Shown here: one piece after another, positions 37,701-47,119 of the stretch
How positions within the stretch are numbered: position 1 is the first letter of the stretch
How the letters are laid out: each line of letters starts with the position of its first letter
From: Pirellulaceae bacterium
GTDB taxonomy: Bacteria; Planctomycetota; Planctomycetia; Pirellulales; Pirellulaceae
Assembly (NCBI GenBank): GCA_046593355.1
Contig: JBKJNY010000062.1
Span: forward strand, 29,267-93,266
Direction: 5' to 3'
Length of the DNA: 64,000 bases
Made by a program: the position numbers and the translations under genes
The notes under the pieces: generated by a model
What the model saw: only the letters and a program-made list of their open reading frames with translations
Database searches by the model: none
What the model was told of the DNA's origin: nothing

Positions 37701-38077
37701 TTTTCCCCCGGCCACGCCGCTCCGTCTTTAATCCACTTCGTCAAATCGACAATCTCTCCCGCCGAGAGCTTCTTCTTGGGAGGCATCTGCAAGGTTTCGC
37801 CATGTCCGATGGCTCGTACCAGCAAGCTCTCCGCCGGTTTGCCCGGCACGATTGCCGGCCCGCGCGTTCCGCCCGCCAAAAGCTCGGCCAGCGAATCAAC
37901 CCGCAGCTCACTCTCCTCGTTCTGGTCGCTGTGGCATTCAAAACACTTCGCCACGAGCAGCGGCCGGACCTTCTTTTCAAAGAACTCGGCTTGCTCGGCA
38001 GACGGTGACTCCGCCTGCGCGGCAACCGCACATGCGAGCAGCAAGAGTAGCGAGAGTGGAGCGGTCCAAACCTTCAT
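34781..38077 (-). CDS. PSCyt1 (CxxCH) + DUF1549 + carbohydrate-binding-like insert + DUF1553 protein
   Basis: Signal peptide. CFECHSDQNE heme-c motif. DLTGLPPTPEEL...RHWLDLARYADSNG (DUF1549). CARCHDHKFDPL (DUF1553). The central region YQLELRYAAAGSRPCKVLVNG looks CBM6/35-like. Confidence 0.9.
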   Translation of the reverse strand: MKVWTAPLSLLLLLACAVAAQAESPSAEQAEFFEKKVRPLLVAKCFECHSDQNEESELRVDSLAELLAGGTRGPAIVPGKPAESLLVRAIGHGETLQMPPKKKLSAGEIVDLTKWIKDGAAWPGENAKPPAVVGANSKEMVFSEAQKSHWAFQPVRDHIVPEVRDSSWCQSPVDRFLVARLEQANLKPAVPADKRGLLRRTMFDLTGLPPTPEELRAFLADESPDAFARVVDRLLASPRYGEKYGRHWLDLARYADSNGLDENLAYANAFRYRDWVIAAFNKDKPYDRLVQEQLAGDLLPGTEEERIEGTAATGFLCIGAKMLAEDDPVKMQLDIIDEQVDTLGKVFLGMTLGCARCHDHKFDPLPTRDYYSLAGIFKSTKTMENHSVVAVWQERPLADSAAIAGRDEHRKKMDVVRTEIASIVNGATEEILNAERKRAGEYLLAAWRKSQLSEVLAKAKPLGGLPEEERKKIAGWQLIEMENFARGNVAKHTTGYGEGIGVLVNQGQLPNFAEYDVTVETAGTYQLELRYAAAGSRPCKVLVNGMLAIDGAAGQVTGSWNPDTQTWFIEGFVELKAGPSTIRVERADAFPHLDKLLIAPTMRAGSGDPRPTVVAVKNENQPLNVELVEQWVKYLEKTKSEPESVLAPWHAVIAGKEATGNFLGEPLPKSANEVAAAYGKAFVSVEEAWQKLKASPEGKDATKLPDEMPEKLRQMLYGKEGPFAPPKGIENSFTAELRDSLKKQREELATLDASLPKLPEAMAVSDAKPENLRVHIRGSHLTLGKETPRQFPRILAGESQSPFTGERSGRLDLAQWMTRAENPLTSRVMVNRLWQWHFGEGLVRSSDNFGLLGDKPTHPELLNYLARRFVDDGWSIKKMHRRMMLSGAYQMRGRPELNDSIDAENRLLSHFPRRRLEAEEIRDALLAVSDSLDCRMGGTQLGIENRKYVTSTANVDPVVYTGNRRSVYLPVVRSALYDVFQVFDFADPSVASGKRDSTTVAPQALFMMNSQIASAQSRALSELLAQTTLDEAARIRLLYERAYSRPPTDTEISRSLAFLERYTSASAMAGSSPVVARSQAWQVLCRAVLAANEFVYVE

Positions 38078-38194
38078 CAGGGGCTCGCAAGGCAGGAATA
38101 ACGGCGGGCCAAGGGGACATTGACTTTACCATGCTGCCGCAGCGTGAGACAGTTGGAAATTGAGCCGCCCGCGGAGATGCGGTAGGATTGTTGC

Positions 38195-38470
38195 ATGGCC
38201 AACACACCGCTCGACCCCAAGATGATTCCCCCGGCTTCCTTCTCGTTCCTGGTGACGACGCTCGGCGCTCAGGGAGCTATCGCCCTCGGCATGGCCCCCA
38301 ATCCCATGACGAACAAGACCGACGTTCAGCCGGAGCTGGGTAAGCACGCGATTGATACGCTGGGGATTTTGGAGGAGAAGACGAAGGGGAATTTGAGCGG
38401 CGATGAGACGCAACTGTTGGAGGCGGTGCTGCACCAATTGCGGATGGCGTTTTTGCAGGTGAAGAAGTAA
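38195..38470 (+). CDS. DUF1844 domain protein
   Basis: FSFLVTTLGAQGAIALG...AIDTLGILEEKTKGNLSGDETQLLEAVLHQLRMAFL matches my memory of the DUF1844 pattern. Confidence 0.7.
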   Translation: MANTPLDPKMIPPASFSFLVTTLGAQGAIALGMAPNPMTNKTDVQPELGKHAIDTLGILEEKTKGNLSGDETQLLEAVLHQLRMAFLQVKK

Positions 38471-38473
38471 CTG

Positions 38474-38538
38474 TTTGTAGTAACCCGCTTAAGCGGGTTA
38501 GAAGGCTCGCTAACCCGCTAAAGCGGGTTACTACGAAC
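38474..38538. repeat. Palindromic repeat family B, copy 1 (double AACCCGCTnAAGCGGGTT hairpins)
   Basis: TTTGTAGTAACCCGCTTAAGCGGGTTAGAAGGCTCGCTAACCCGCTAAAGCGGGTTACTACGAAC, between convergent genes. Confidence 0.85.
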
Positions 38539-38539
38539 A

Positions 38540-39490
38540 TTAAGCTCGCTCGATTGGGAACGCCATCACCTCTTGAATCGACTTTGCGCCCGTGGCCGCC
38601 ATCACCAGGCGGTCGAAGCCGAGGGCACAGCCGGAGCAAGGAGGAAGGCCACAATCCATCGCGGCGAGCAGGCGGCTGTCGGCGGGAAGCGGGGGTTTAC
38701 CGTCGTCTTGGCGAAGTTGGTTGTTCGTGCGGTTGCGCTTACGCAGGACTGCCGGATCGAGCAGCTCGTGGTAGCCGTTGGCGAGCTCGATGCCGCGGAC
38801 GTAGAGCTCGAAACGTTCGGCGACGGGTGGATTGCCGTCGCGGACGCGGGCCAGGGCGGATTGGCTGGCGGGATAGTCGTAGAGGATGGTGGGACGGCCC
38901 TGGCCGAGGTGGGGCTCGACTTGCTGGGTGAGTAGGAGGTCGAGATGGAGGTCGTGGTCGGCAGCAGCGACGTTCACAAACGGGTCAACGCCCGCGTAGC
39001 GCACGAACGCCTCGCGGTACGTCAATCGTTCCGGCGCTCCCATACCGAGCATCTCCTCCGCCAAGTCCGCCAGCAGTTGCATGCCGGCTGCGTAGTCGTC
39101 ACCCACGCGATACCACTCGACCATTGTGAATTCGGGATTGTGCAGCGGGCCGATTTCGCCGCCGCGGAAGGCGCGGGTGATTTGGTAGATGGCGCGGAGC
39201 CTCTCCTTTTCTGCCACCAGCAGCCGTTTCATGGCAAATTCTGGAGACGTTTGCAGCCAGAGCTTTGGGCCGATTGCCGGCTCGCGAGGGTCATTGAAGA
39301 GCGTTACCGAGAGCGGGTCCAAGTGCCGGTCCACCACAACATCATGACTGAGGAGCGGCGTCTCAACTTCCACGAAGCCGCGGCGGTCAAAGAAGGCTCG
39401 CATTCGCTTCAGCAGTGCCGCACGCGCGGTGAGCATGTCGAGCGAAGCGAAGGGGAGGAAGTCGGGCGGCACGGCATTGGAAAGGGGCAT
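38540..39490 (-). CDS. epmA: Elongation factor P--(R)-beta-lysine ligase (GenX/PoxA)
   Basis: Truncated class II LysRS-like protein: FVEVETPLL, LQTSPEFAMKRLL, FRGGEIGPLHNPEFTMVEWY. Its 316 aa matches EpmA length. Confidence 0.8.
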   Translation of the reverse strand: MPLSNAVPPDFLPFASLDMLTARAALLKRMRAFFDRRGFVEVETPLLSHDVVVDRHLDPLSVTLFNDPREPAIGPKLWLQTSPEFAMKRLLVAEKERLRAIYQITRAFRGGEIGPLHNPEFTMVEWYRVGDDYAAGMQLLADLAEEMLGMGAPERLTYREAFVRYAGVDPFVNVAAADHDLHLDLLLTQQVEPHLGQGRPTILYDYPASQSALARVRDGNPPVAERFELYVRGIELANGYHELLDPAVLRKRNRTNNQLRQDDGKPPLPADSRLLAAMDCGLPPCSGCALGFDRLVMAATGAKSIQEVMAFPIERA

Positions 39491-42075
39491 TATTCCTTCA
39501 CCAGCGCTTCGTCCAGGTTGAGGATTGCGTTGCAGAGGGCGGTCCAGGCGGCGTGGTCGACGGCCGCGAGGCTCATGTTCCGCGGGTGCTCGCCCACTTT
39601 CAGGAGTTTGTCGGCAGCGGCGGAGTCCGCCTGATAGTCGCTCTGGAACTGGCCAAGGGCCTTGAGGAGCACATCTCGCTCGTTGTCAGTTGGCGTACGG
39701 TTGAGAACCAGGCGGTAGATATGGTCCAGGCGTTCGTTTTGCTTCTCGGAATGCAGCATGGCCCGCTCGGCGAGGGCGCGGGATGCTTCAACGTAGGTGG
39801 TGTCGTTGAGGGTGGCGAGGGAGTGCAGCGGCGTGTTCGTGCGGAATTGCTTGACGGTGCAGAACTGGCGGGAGGCACTGTCAAAGAACATGGTGGGACC
39901 GACGATCCGCCGCCAGAAAACGTACACGCTGCGGCGATACAGGGCCGAGCCGCCGTCTTGCTTGTACTGCTTGGTTCCGAAGGTCGCTTCTTCCCACACG
40001 CCGGCCGGCTGATAGGATTTGACCGGCGGCCCGCCGACCTGGCGGACCAGCAGCCCGCTCACGGCCAGGGCTCGGTCCCGAATCATCCACGCCGGCAGGC
40101 GGTAGCGCGGCCCGCGAGCAAGCAAGCGATTCTCGGGATCCTGCTCGGTGAGAGCGGCGCTTCCTTGAGAGGATTGGCGATAGGCAGCGGAGGTGACGAG
40201 GCGGCGGATGAGACGTTTCGTGTCCCAGCCGCCTTGGTGGGGTAGGCTTCCAGCCTGCCCAGAATTTCCTTCGCTCTCACGCCCACGCAAAGTCGTGGGC
40301 GTGCCACCCATAAAGTCCGCGGCCAGCCAGTCGAGCAATTCGGGATGCTTTGGCCGTTCCCCTTGCACGCCAAAATCCTCGGGCGTTTTTACGATGCCAA
40401 TGCCGAAGAACTGCTGCCAGAACCGGTTCGCCACGACTCGCGGGGTGAGCGGCTGGTCTTTGGATACCAGCCACTCGGCCAAGGCTAGCCTGTTGCGAGG
40501 CGCTTCCACGGGTAGAGGGGGCAGGCTGACTGGCGTGGCGGCGGTGACTTCTTCCTGCGGCTTGTCGTAGAGTCCTTTGTCGAGCATGAAGGTTTTGCGC
40601 GGCGTTGGCATGTCCTCCATGACCATCACACGTGGAATGCTCTTTCTCACATTGTCCCGCTCTTCAATCGCCGTCCGCAATGTCCGCAGTTTCAAGGCGT
40701 AGTCGGCGTTTTCCTTCTCCCACTGCTTTTCAAGCTGTAAGAGTTGGTCCTTGTTACGCTGAGCAATCGCCACCCGCAGAACGGCTTTGATTCCGTCCAG
40801 CAGCGTCGCCGCAGCGGGGGAGTCCGCCGCGTTCTGATTGGCTTCACGCGGGAAGAGAGCCGTTTCAAAATCCACGAGGTCTTTAGTCAAAGACCCAATC
40901 GTTTCATCCGAACGCGCAAGCCGCTCCGTCATCTCCGCCGTCGGAGCATCCATCGCGGGGGGCGATTGCGGATTCCCGCCGCCGCCGTCGACGGGGGTCT
41001 GGTTGAAGAAGGCGAACAGGCTGTAGTAGTCCCGTTTCTTCAGGGCGTCGAATTTGTGGTCGTGGCAGCGGCAGCAGTTGAAGGTCAGGCCGAGCCAGAT
41101 GGTTCCGGTGGTTTCTCCCATGTCCATCACGTAGTCGATGCGGTTCTCCTCCGCGATGCGGCCCCCCTCGCCGTTGATCATGTGGTTGCGGCAGAAGCCG
41201 GTGGCCAGCTTTTGCTCCGGCCCGCCGCCGGGAACCTGGTCCCCCGCTAGTTGCCAAAGCGTGAACTGGTCGTACGGCAGGCCGCGGTTGAACGCGGAAA
41301 CCACCCAGTCCCGCCAGGGCCACATCGTCCGCTCGCCGTCCCCCTGATAGCCGTTGCTGTCCGCATAGCGGGCCGCTTCCAGCCACTCCCAGCTCATCCG
41401 CTCACCGAAATCGGAAGACGCCAGCAGCCGGTCGATGAGCCGTTCGTAGGCGTCGGGTGATTGGTCCTGGGTGAATGCGTCCACATCCTCCGGCAATGGC
41501 GGCAGTCCGGTCAGATCGAGCGACGCCCGGCGGATGAGCGTGTGCCGCGGAGCTTCCGGCGACGGCGCGATGTTTTCTCTCTCCAAGCGAGAAAACAGAA
41601 AGCTATCGATAGGGCCATTCGTTCGGGCGGCGAACTTCGCCGGAATCTGCACCGGCGGCGCGGTCAATTTCTGAAACGCCCAGTGCCCACCCCACTCCGC
41701 CCCGCCATCAATCCACTTCTTCAGCAGCTCTTTCTGCTCAGCCGTCAGTTTCCGCTGCGAAGTCGGCGGCGGCATGACCTCATCGGCATCGGCTGAAAAA
41801 ATCCGTCGCACCAGCTCGCTCTCGCCGCTCTTCCCCGGCACGACCGCGCCCTTTCCCTCCTTCAACTGCTTCGCGCTCGCTTCCACATCCAGCCGCAGGT
41901 CCGCCTCCCGTTTCTTCTCATCGGGGCCATGACACTGAAAGCAGTTGTCGGAGAGGATCGGCAGGATATCGCGATTGAACTGCACCGCGGCCGTGTCCGC
42001 GGCGCTGGCGGAAATTGGAGCGCAACAAGGCACCAGGCAGACAGGAAGTAAGATTCGCAAGGTCAATCTAAACAT
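39490..42075 (-). CDS. PSCyt1 (CxxCH) + DUF1549 + DUF1553 protein
   Basis: CFQCHGPDEKKREADLRLD, DLTGLPPLPEDV, CCRCHDHKFDAL. Its stop overlaps the epmA start (TAATG). Confidence 0.9.
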   Translation of the reverse strand: MFRLTLRILLPVCLVPCCAPISASAADTAAVQFNRDILPILSDNCFQCHGPDEKKREADLRLDVEASAKQLKEGKGAVVPGKSGESELVRRIFSADADEVMPPPTSQRKLTAEQKELLKKWIDGGAEWGGHWAFQKLTAPPVQIPAKFAARTNGPIDSFLFSRLERENIAPSPEAPRHTLIRRASLDLTGLPPLPEDVDAFTQDQSPDAYERLIDRLLASSDFGERMSWEWLEAARYADSNGYQGDGERTMWPWRDWVVSAFNRGLPYDQFTLWQLAGDQVPGGGPEQKLATGFCRNHMINGEGGRIAEENRIDYVMDMGETTGTIWLGLTFNCCRCHDHKFDALKKRDYYSLFAFFNQTPVDGGGGNPQSPPAMDAPTAEMTERLARSDETIGSLTKDLVDFETALFPREANQNAADSPAAATLLDGIKAVLRVAIAQRNKDQLLQLEKQWEKENADYALKLRTLRTAIEERDNVRKSIPRVMVMEDMPTPRKTFMLDKGLYDKPQEEVTAATPVSLPPLPVEAPRNRLALAEWLVSKDQPLTPRVVANRFWQQFFGIGIVKTPEDFGVQGERPKHPELLDWLAADFMGGTPTTLRGRESEGNSGQAGSLPHQGGWDTKRLIRRLVTSAAYRQSSQGSAALTEQDPENRLLARGPRYRLPAWMIRDRALAVSGLLVRQVGGPPVKSYQPAGVWEEATFGTKQYKQDGGSALYRRSVYVFWRRIVGPTMFFDSASRQFCTVKQFRTNTPLHSLATLNDTTYVEASRALAERAMLHSEKQNERLDHIYRLVLNRTPTDNERDVLLKALGQFQSDYQADSAAADKLLKVGEHPRNMSLAAVDHAAWTALCNAILNLDEALVKE

Positions 42076-42148
42076 GCCGGACAGTCAGTGGGGAGAGGGG
42101 CAAGGGGAAGCACCTCATTTTAATCGAATCAATCGGCGGGCGCGCTGT

Positions 42149-42361
42149 TCAGGTGCCGTCATCTGACTTTAAGACTTTCCGAGCCTTGGCCTTCAGAATC
42201 CCGAGGATGTCGATGACCTCAACATACTGCATGTATTCGTCGTGTTCGGCGGAAGTGAGAACGCCTGCATTGCTGCGGACAGCTAGTTCGGAAAGACGCG
42301 CCTGCGATGCGACGTCGAACTTGTAATCCACAATACGTCGAGCGATTTCGTGCGGAATCAT
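42149..42361 (-). CDS. Small hypothetical protein (70 aa)
   Basis: ORF only. Helical, antitoxin-like size. No partner gene seen. Confidence 0.4.
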   Translation of the reverse strand: MIPHEIARRIVDYKFDVASQARLSELAVRSNAGVLTSAEHDEYMQYVEVIDILGILKAKARKVLKSDDGT

Positions 42362-42492
42362 TCCAGTATTTTATGCTGGAGGAGGGGCATGAGGCAATTG
42401 AGACGCAGGCGGGGGCGGGGCTGAAGGATTTGGAACAGGAAGCATTTCTTCGTGTCTTTGAGACTTTGTGGATCCCCCGGTCCCCACGCGGC

Positions 42493-43149
42493 TCAAAGCC
42501 TCCTCAATACCAGCGCCTCAAAAATCCGTGGGTCCGCCAGTCCTTCGGCGATGAAAGCCGCTCCCGTGAAATCATGGCTGCGGCTGTGCTCGCCGGGCAC
42601 AGCGACCGCAAAAGCGCCTGCGGCAATCGCGGCCCGGCAGCCGTTCTGGCTATCTTCGAGCACGAGCATCTCCGCTGGTGGGACCGCCAGGCGTTCCGCG
42701 GCCTTCAGATAGATTTCCGGATGCGGCTTGCCGTCGGTGACGTCGTCACCGGTAAGGAGAAATTCAAACCGGGGCTCGAAATGGAACTTCCCCAGGATCC
42801 GCTGCGTGAAGCTCCGCCGGCTGCTGGTGGCGATGGCTTTGGGGATGCTCGCCTGCTCCAGCGCCGTCAGCAACTCGACCAGGCCCGGCATCGGGGCCAG
42901 TTGCGCGTCGAGTAGGCCGAGGAAGATTGCGTCGGACTCCGCCATCAATTCTTCCAGCGACTCGTCCAGGTTGTGGTAGCTGCTCAGCACGCCAAACGCC
43001 GCGGCTGCCGGGCGGCCCATCATCTGGTCCACCAGGTCGTGCGTGAACTCTTTCTCCCGCCGCCGCAGTAGCTCCTTGAGGACGTGCGAATATATCTGCT
43101 CGGTATTGAACATCAGGCCGTCGAGATCGAAGACAACGGCGCGAGGCAT
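42493..43149 (-). CDS. HAD-IA family hydrolase (beta-phosphoglucomutase-like)
   Basis: VVFDLDGLMFNTE (DxD motif I), ATSS (motif II), KPHPEIY...LEDSQNG (motifs III/IV). Confidence 0.85.
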   Translation of the reverse strand: MPRAVVFDLDGLMFNTEQIYSHVLKELLRRREKEFTHDLVDQMMGRPAAAAFGVLSSYHNLDESLEELMAESDAIFLGLLDAQLAPMPGLVELLTALEQASIPKAIATSSRRSFTQRILGKFHFEPRFEFLLTGDDVTDGKPHPEIYLKAAERLAVPPAEMLVLEDSQNGCRAAIAAGAFAVAVPGEHSRSHDFTGAAFIAEGLADPRIFEALVLRRL

Positions 43150-43184
43150 GAGGGAGGGCAGAGGTTAGAGGGCACGAGGCCGCG

Positions 43185-43751
43185 TCAAGCAATACTGGCG
43201 ACGACCTGTAACAGGCTGAAGACAACGAATATGAGCAGAATGGTCCCTAGGAGATACGACACCGTAACGACGGCCGTGTTAAGCCAAGTCGTCATTAGGG
43301 CTTCGCGATTAATCCAAAGAATTGCTAGTCCAATGAGCATTCCTCCCACTATCAAACCAATCACTTGAGCCGGGTGCAGATTGCTTCCATCCGACTCGAC
43401 GGCCGCCTTAATCGAGACAACGCCAATCGCGGCGACCCCGACCACCAGCGCGTTGAGGACCACCATGCCGAAGGCACGTATGAAGTTTGGGGTCTTGATG
43501 AACGATGTGTTATGGGGTTCATCCGCAAACTCCGCCATAACAATCTCGTCCTCCTCCAAGGCCCTTCGCTCCAATCCATCTTGTACTCGTTCGGCGAGGA
43601 CCGACCGATAGATAACCCGGATCCCGTTCAGGGCGGAGCAACTCCAACGAATAAGGACTGTGCCGAAAAGACCCCACATGGTCACGGTGACAACTAAGAG
43701 CAGTAAGAAGTAGGAGGTGGGTCCAATTTCACCGATGATAGCTGGCACCAT
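43185..43751 (-). CDS. Hypothetical 4-TM membrane protein
   Basis: Four hydrophobic segments. AT-richer than the flanks. No family recognised. Confidence 0.55.
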   Translation of the reverse strand: MVPAIIGEIGPTSYFLLLLVVTVTMWGLFGTVLIRWSCSALNGIRVIYRSVLAERVQDGLERRALEEDEIVMAEFADEPHNTSFIKTPNFIRAFGMVVLNALVVGVAAIGVVSIKAAVESDGSNLHPAQVIGLIVGGMLIGLAILWINREALMTTWLNTAVVTVSYLLGTILLIFVVFSLLQVVASIA

Positions 43752-43762
43752 TTCCTCCCTGG

Positions 43763-45169
43763 TTACACCAGCTCTTTAATCGGTTCGCCGCCCCAGTTGA
43801 GGATAAGCCGCGGCCGGCCGCGGTTGTCGTCGTAGGTGGTGCCGAGGGGGACGCCGAAGTGGTGGTAGATGGTGGCGGCGAGATCGCCGGGAGTGACCGG
43901 CCGCTCTTTGATTTGCCCCGCGTCCCGTTCCGTCGAGCCGATGACCTGGCCATGCCGCATTCCGCCGCCGGCGAGGGTCATGCTCATCACCACCGGCCAG
44001 TGGTTGCGGCCGTCGAGGCTCCCTTGCGTCCCAATCTGCGGCGTGCGGCCAAATTCCCCCATGGCGATGACCAGCACGTCGTCGAGCAGGTTGCGTTCGC
44101 CTAAATCCGTGACGAGCGTCGTCAGCAAATGGTCGAAGACCGGGAGCAGCGGACGCAGGCCGTTCATGATGCCGCCGTAGGGCGGGATGTTGTCGCCGTG
44201 GGTGTCCCAGGTGCCGGATGCGCCGTGGTTGGAGAGGTCGATGGTGACGAAGTTGACCCCCGCTTCGACCAGCCGCCGGGCGAGAAGGATCTGCTGGGCC
44301 CAAGGATGTTCGCCGAATTTTTCGCGTGTGGCCACAGGCTCGCGAGTGATGTCGAACGCCTCTTGGGCCTTCTTGCCGACAACGAGGTCAATCGCCTGCC
44401 GCACGTATTTGTCCCGGGCGTCCATGCTGCCGTGCTGGTCCAGGCCGCGCTGGAGCCTGTCGAACTGGCTGAGCAAATCGTGCCGCGTCCGCAGCCGGTC
44501 TTGATTGAGATCCGCGGGGAGATTGAAGAGCCCATTGGCAGTCGTTCCCAGCAGAGGCTCGTACTGCTTGCCGAGATAGCCCGGCCAGGCGATGTGCGAG
44601 CGGCTCTTCATGTTGAGCGCGACGTACGGCGGCATCGCCGGGTCGTTCGGGCCGCGGTGCTTCGCCACGATGGAGGCGATGGCCGGATACTTTTCCGCCT
44701 CGGGGTTGATCCGCGGCTCGGCGTCCAGATTCGCCGTCTGCATCACCATGTTCGGCTCATGGTTGCTGTGCCGGCAGTCCACCGAACGAATCACCGTCAG
44801 CCGGTCGAGCATGGCCGCCATTTTCGGCAGGTGCTCGCAGAAGCGAATGCCCGGCAGCTTGGTGGCGATGGTGCCGAACGGGCCGCGGATTTCCGGCGGA
44901 GCTTCCGGCTTCACGTCGAGCGTATCGATATGGCTTGGCCCGCCGGTCATCCAGATCAGAATGACGCTCTTGTTCCGTTTCCCGCTACCGGTCTTCGCGG
45001 CTTCTTCCTTCGCCGCGAGTAGTTGCGGTAATGACAGCCCGGCCAGACCCGCAATTCCCGCCTTGAGCGTGCTCCGCCGGCTGACCAGGCGCACCCCTTC
45101 CGCCAGGCGGGCATTCAGCCCGACAAAGGCGTGGTTCTCCTGATGCTCGGTCGTCTGGCAGCGGAACAT
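43763..45169 (-). CDS. DUF1501 domain protein, Tat-type signal; paralog 4
   Basis: VSRRSTLKAG, MGEFGRTP and GRNHWP motifs. Confidence 0.9.
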   Translation of the reverse strand: MFRCQTTEHQENHAFVGLNARLAEGVRLVSRRSTLKAGIAGLAGLSLPQLLAAKEEAAKTGSGKRNKSVILIWMTGGPSHIDTLDVKPEAPPEIRGPFGTIATKLPGIRFCEHLPKMAAMLDRLTVIRSVDCRHSNHEPNMVMQTANLDAEPRINPEAEKYPAIASIVAKHRGPNDPAMPPYVALNMKSRSHIAWPGYLGKQYEPLLGTTANGLFNLPADLNQDRLRTRHDLLSQFDRLQRGLDQHGSMDARDKYVRQAIDLVVGKKAQEAFDITREPVATREKFGEHPWAQQILLARRLVEAGVNFVTIDLSNHGASGTWDTHGDNIPPYGGIMNGLRPLLPVFDHLLTTLVTDLGERNLLDDVLVIAMGEFGRTPQIGTQGSLDGRNHWPVVMSMTLAGGGMRHGQVIGSTERDAGQIKERPVTPGDLAATIYHHFGVPLGTTYDDNRGRPRLILNWGGEPIKELV

Positions 45170-45251
45170 GCAACTTTTCCTCGGGCCATCACATCATTGC
45201 AGCCTATGGCCCAGGTTAGCAGAGTGTGGCGGGCGAGGCAATTTGTTCCCA

Positions 45252-45279
45252 CTCTCAAATCTCAGATTTCAAATCCGCC
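45252..45279. repeat. Heptamer-type repeat, family D
   Basis: CTCTCAAATCTCAGATTTCAAATCCGCC. Overlaps the last codons and the stop of the desaturase gene. Confidence 0.8.
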
Positions 45280-46361
45280 TCTTCCCTTCGGTATCCGCCG
45301 CGCATGTGATGCTTTCCCACAAACACGCGCTCCGGCTGCGCGTGGAACATCTTTCGGGCCACCGACCACCATCGCGGCTGGTCCAGCCCACGATACGGCG
45401 AATCAGCCGGCAGCTCGCGCATCAGGAAGGCATCGGCCGCCTTCAAGTTGTGATACGGCATGGTGGGAAACAAGTGGTGCAGCGCGTGATACCGGATGGC
45501 GAACGGGAAGAACAGCCACGTCAGCCAGTCGTTGCCGGTGTAGTTGCAAGAGTCCTGGATGTGGTCGGATAGCTCCAGATTTTTGCCATCCGACTCGAAG
45601 TGATGATCCGCCAACTGCCGCAACTGGTTCAAGAGCAGCGCCGCGAAGCCCAAGGCATAGAGCTGTGGCAGCCGGGTCCAGTGATTCACTTCGAGGATAA
45701 CCAGCAGCGGAATCAACAGTGCCCGCAGCCAGCAGAGCCATTCCACCGCGGCAATCGACCAGCGGTCCTGGTCGTTCAACTTCCGCACGTACCGCCAATT
45801 GAACGTCATCGACGACGCCCGCGTCAGCGTCCACTCCCTGAGTCGCGGATGGAGATAGGTCAGCGGCACCAGCAGGAACCGCAAAAAAACCACCAGCGGA
45901 AAGAGGGCGATCATCCCCAGGTAGACCACCAGGCCGAGCCAGCTTCCCCGCCGCCAGATATTCACCACGTACTCCGGATCCTGCGGCGTGCCGTAAATCC
46001 GCTGGGTATGATGGTCCCGATGATGGCGTGTAAAGAACGGCGACGGTGAGAGCGTAATCACGCCGACCACGAGGTTCCAGACCACCTTGAACGTCCGCAT
46101 TTCATAGTGTGACAGATGCGCCACCTCATGAATCAACGACCCGGTCCGATAGAGCCAAAAAACCGTGATCGGAAACGCGACGAGCTGCGGCCAGGAGAAG
46201 AGGGGCGACTCCAGGTAGACGGTCCCCGCCGTATACGCAATCGTGACGCTGACCAGAAAGTCCAGCCAGTAACGCGCCGGCCTCACCTGGAAGAAATTGA
46301 CGTCGGACCGCAATAGCGAGGTGCGGGCGGTGCTAATCCACCCCTGGGATCCTGGGTTCAA
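45255..46361 (-). CDS. Membrane fatty-acid desaturase family protein
   Basis: Three His boxes: HEVAH, HHRDHH, HHLFPTMPYH. Confidence 0.85.
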   Translation of the reverse strand: MNPGSQGWISTARTSLLRSDVNFFQVRPARYWLDFLVSVTIAYTAGTVYLESPLFSWPQLVAFPITVFWLYRTGSLIHEVAHLSHYEMRTFKVVWNLVVGVITLSPSPFFTRHHRDHHTQRIYGTPQDPEYVVNIWRRGSWLGLVVYLGMIALFPLVVFLRFLLVPLTYLHPRLREWTLTRASSMTFNWRYVRKLNDQDRWSIAAVEWLCWLRALLIPLLVILEVNHWTRLPQLYALGFAALLLNQLRQLADHHFESDGKNLELSDHIQDSCNYTGNDWLTWLFFPFAIRYHALHHLFPTMPYHNLKAADAFLMRELPADSPYRGLDQPRWWSVARKMFHAQPERVFVGKHHMRGGYRREEADLKSEI

Positions 46362-47119
46362 ACGGGCCTCCCTGCGACTGGCCGCGGCACGCGAAAATCA
46401 GAACAGTTCTGGGGCTGGCACGGCACTCAAGATGTTCAGCCGGCAGCGATTTTGCGGCCTCCCCAGGGGTTTTCTGGCCCCATCGGCTGTTCATCTTACC
46501 GGGGGGCGTGCTGGGGGATAGGGCACGCTAGCGAATGGCGGGGATCGGGTAGCTGTCACCCGTCAGCAGTGGAGCCTTCGTAATTTCAATGTGAGCGATA
46601 CCGCTTATTGAACTCAAGGGTCTCCCCAAGCTGCAACTTCTCTACACTGTGGCCATTCACAGCATTTTACGCTCGGGGCGCGGAGCGAGGGCGATAGGTG
46701 ACGCGAAGACGGGTGAATTGCCATGCTGGGGCGTCGCGAGCCGGCTTAAGAAGTGCCCAAGAGAAGCCACGGCGCGGAATTGGTCGCGAAAAATGGCTCG
46801 CACGGATTGGTGTAGAGAGTTGAAGGCGATTTGGTCGTGCTTTATACAGTGGCCGCTCCCAAGACAAGCGGGAACCGACAAAACATCGATTTGATAGCGC
46901 TAGGCACTTGCGTCGTGATTATACTTCAAGCAGCATCCGCTACGGCATCGCCGACATTCGGCGATCCTGGCGACTCAGAGATGCAACGTGCATCTTTGGG
47001 AGAACACCCAATCGAGAGGGTCCATTCCTCCACCGATAGATCAATCGCTAGCGGCCAGAATTACCGATAGGGCGCAAGATGCACTCCGTCGTCGAAGACA
47101 CTTAACCCGGAGTTGCACC

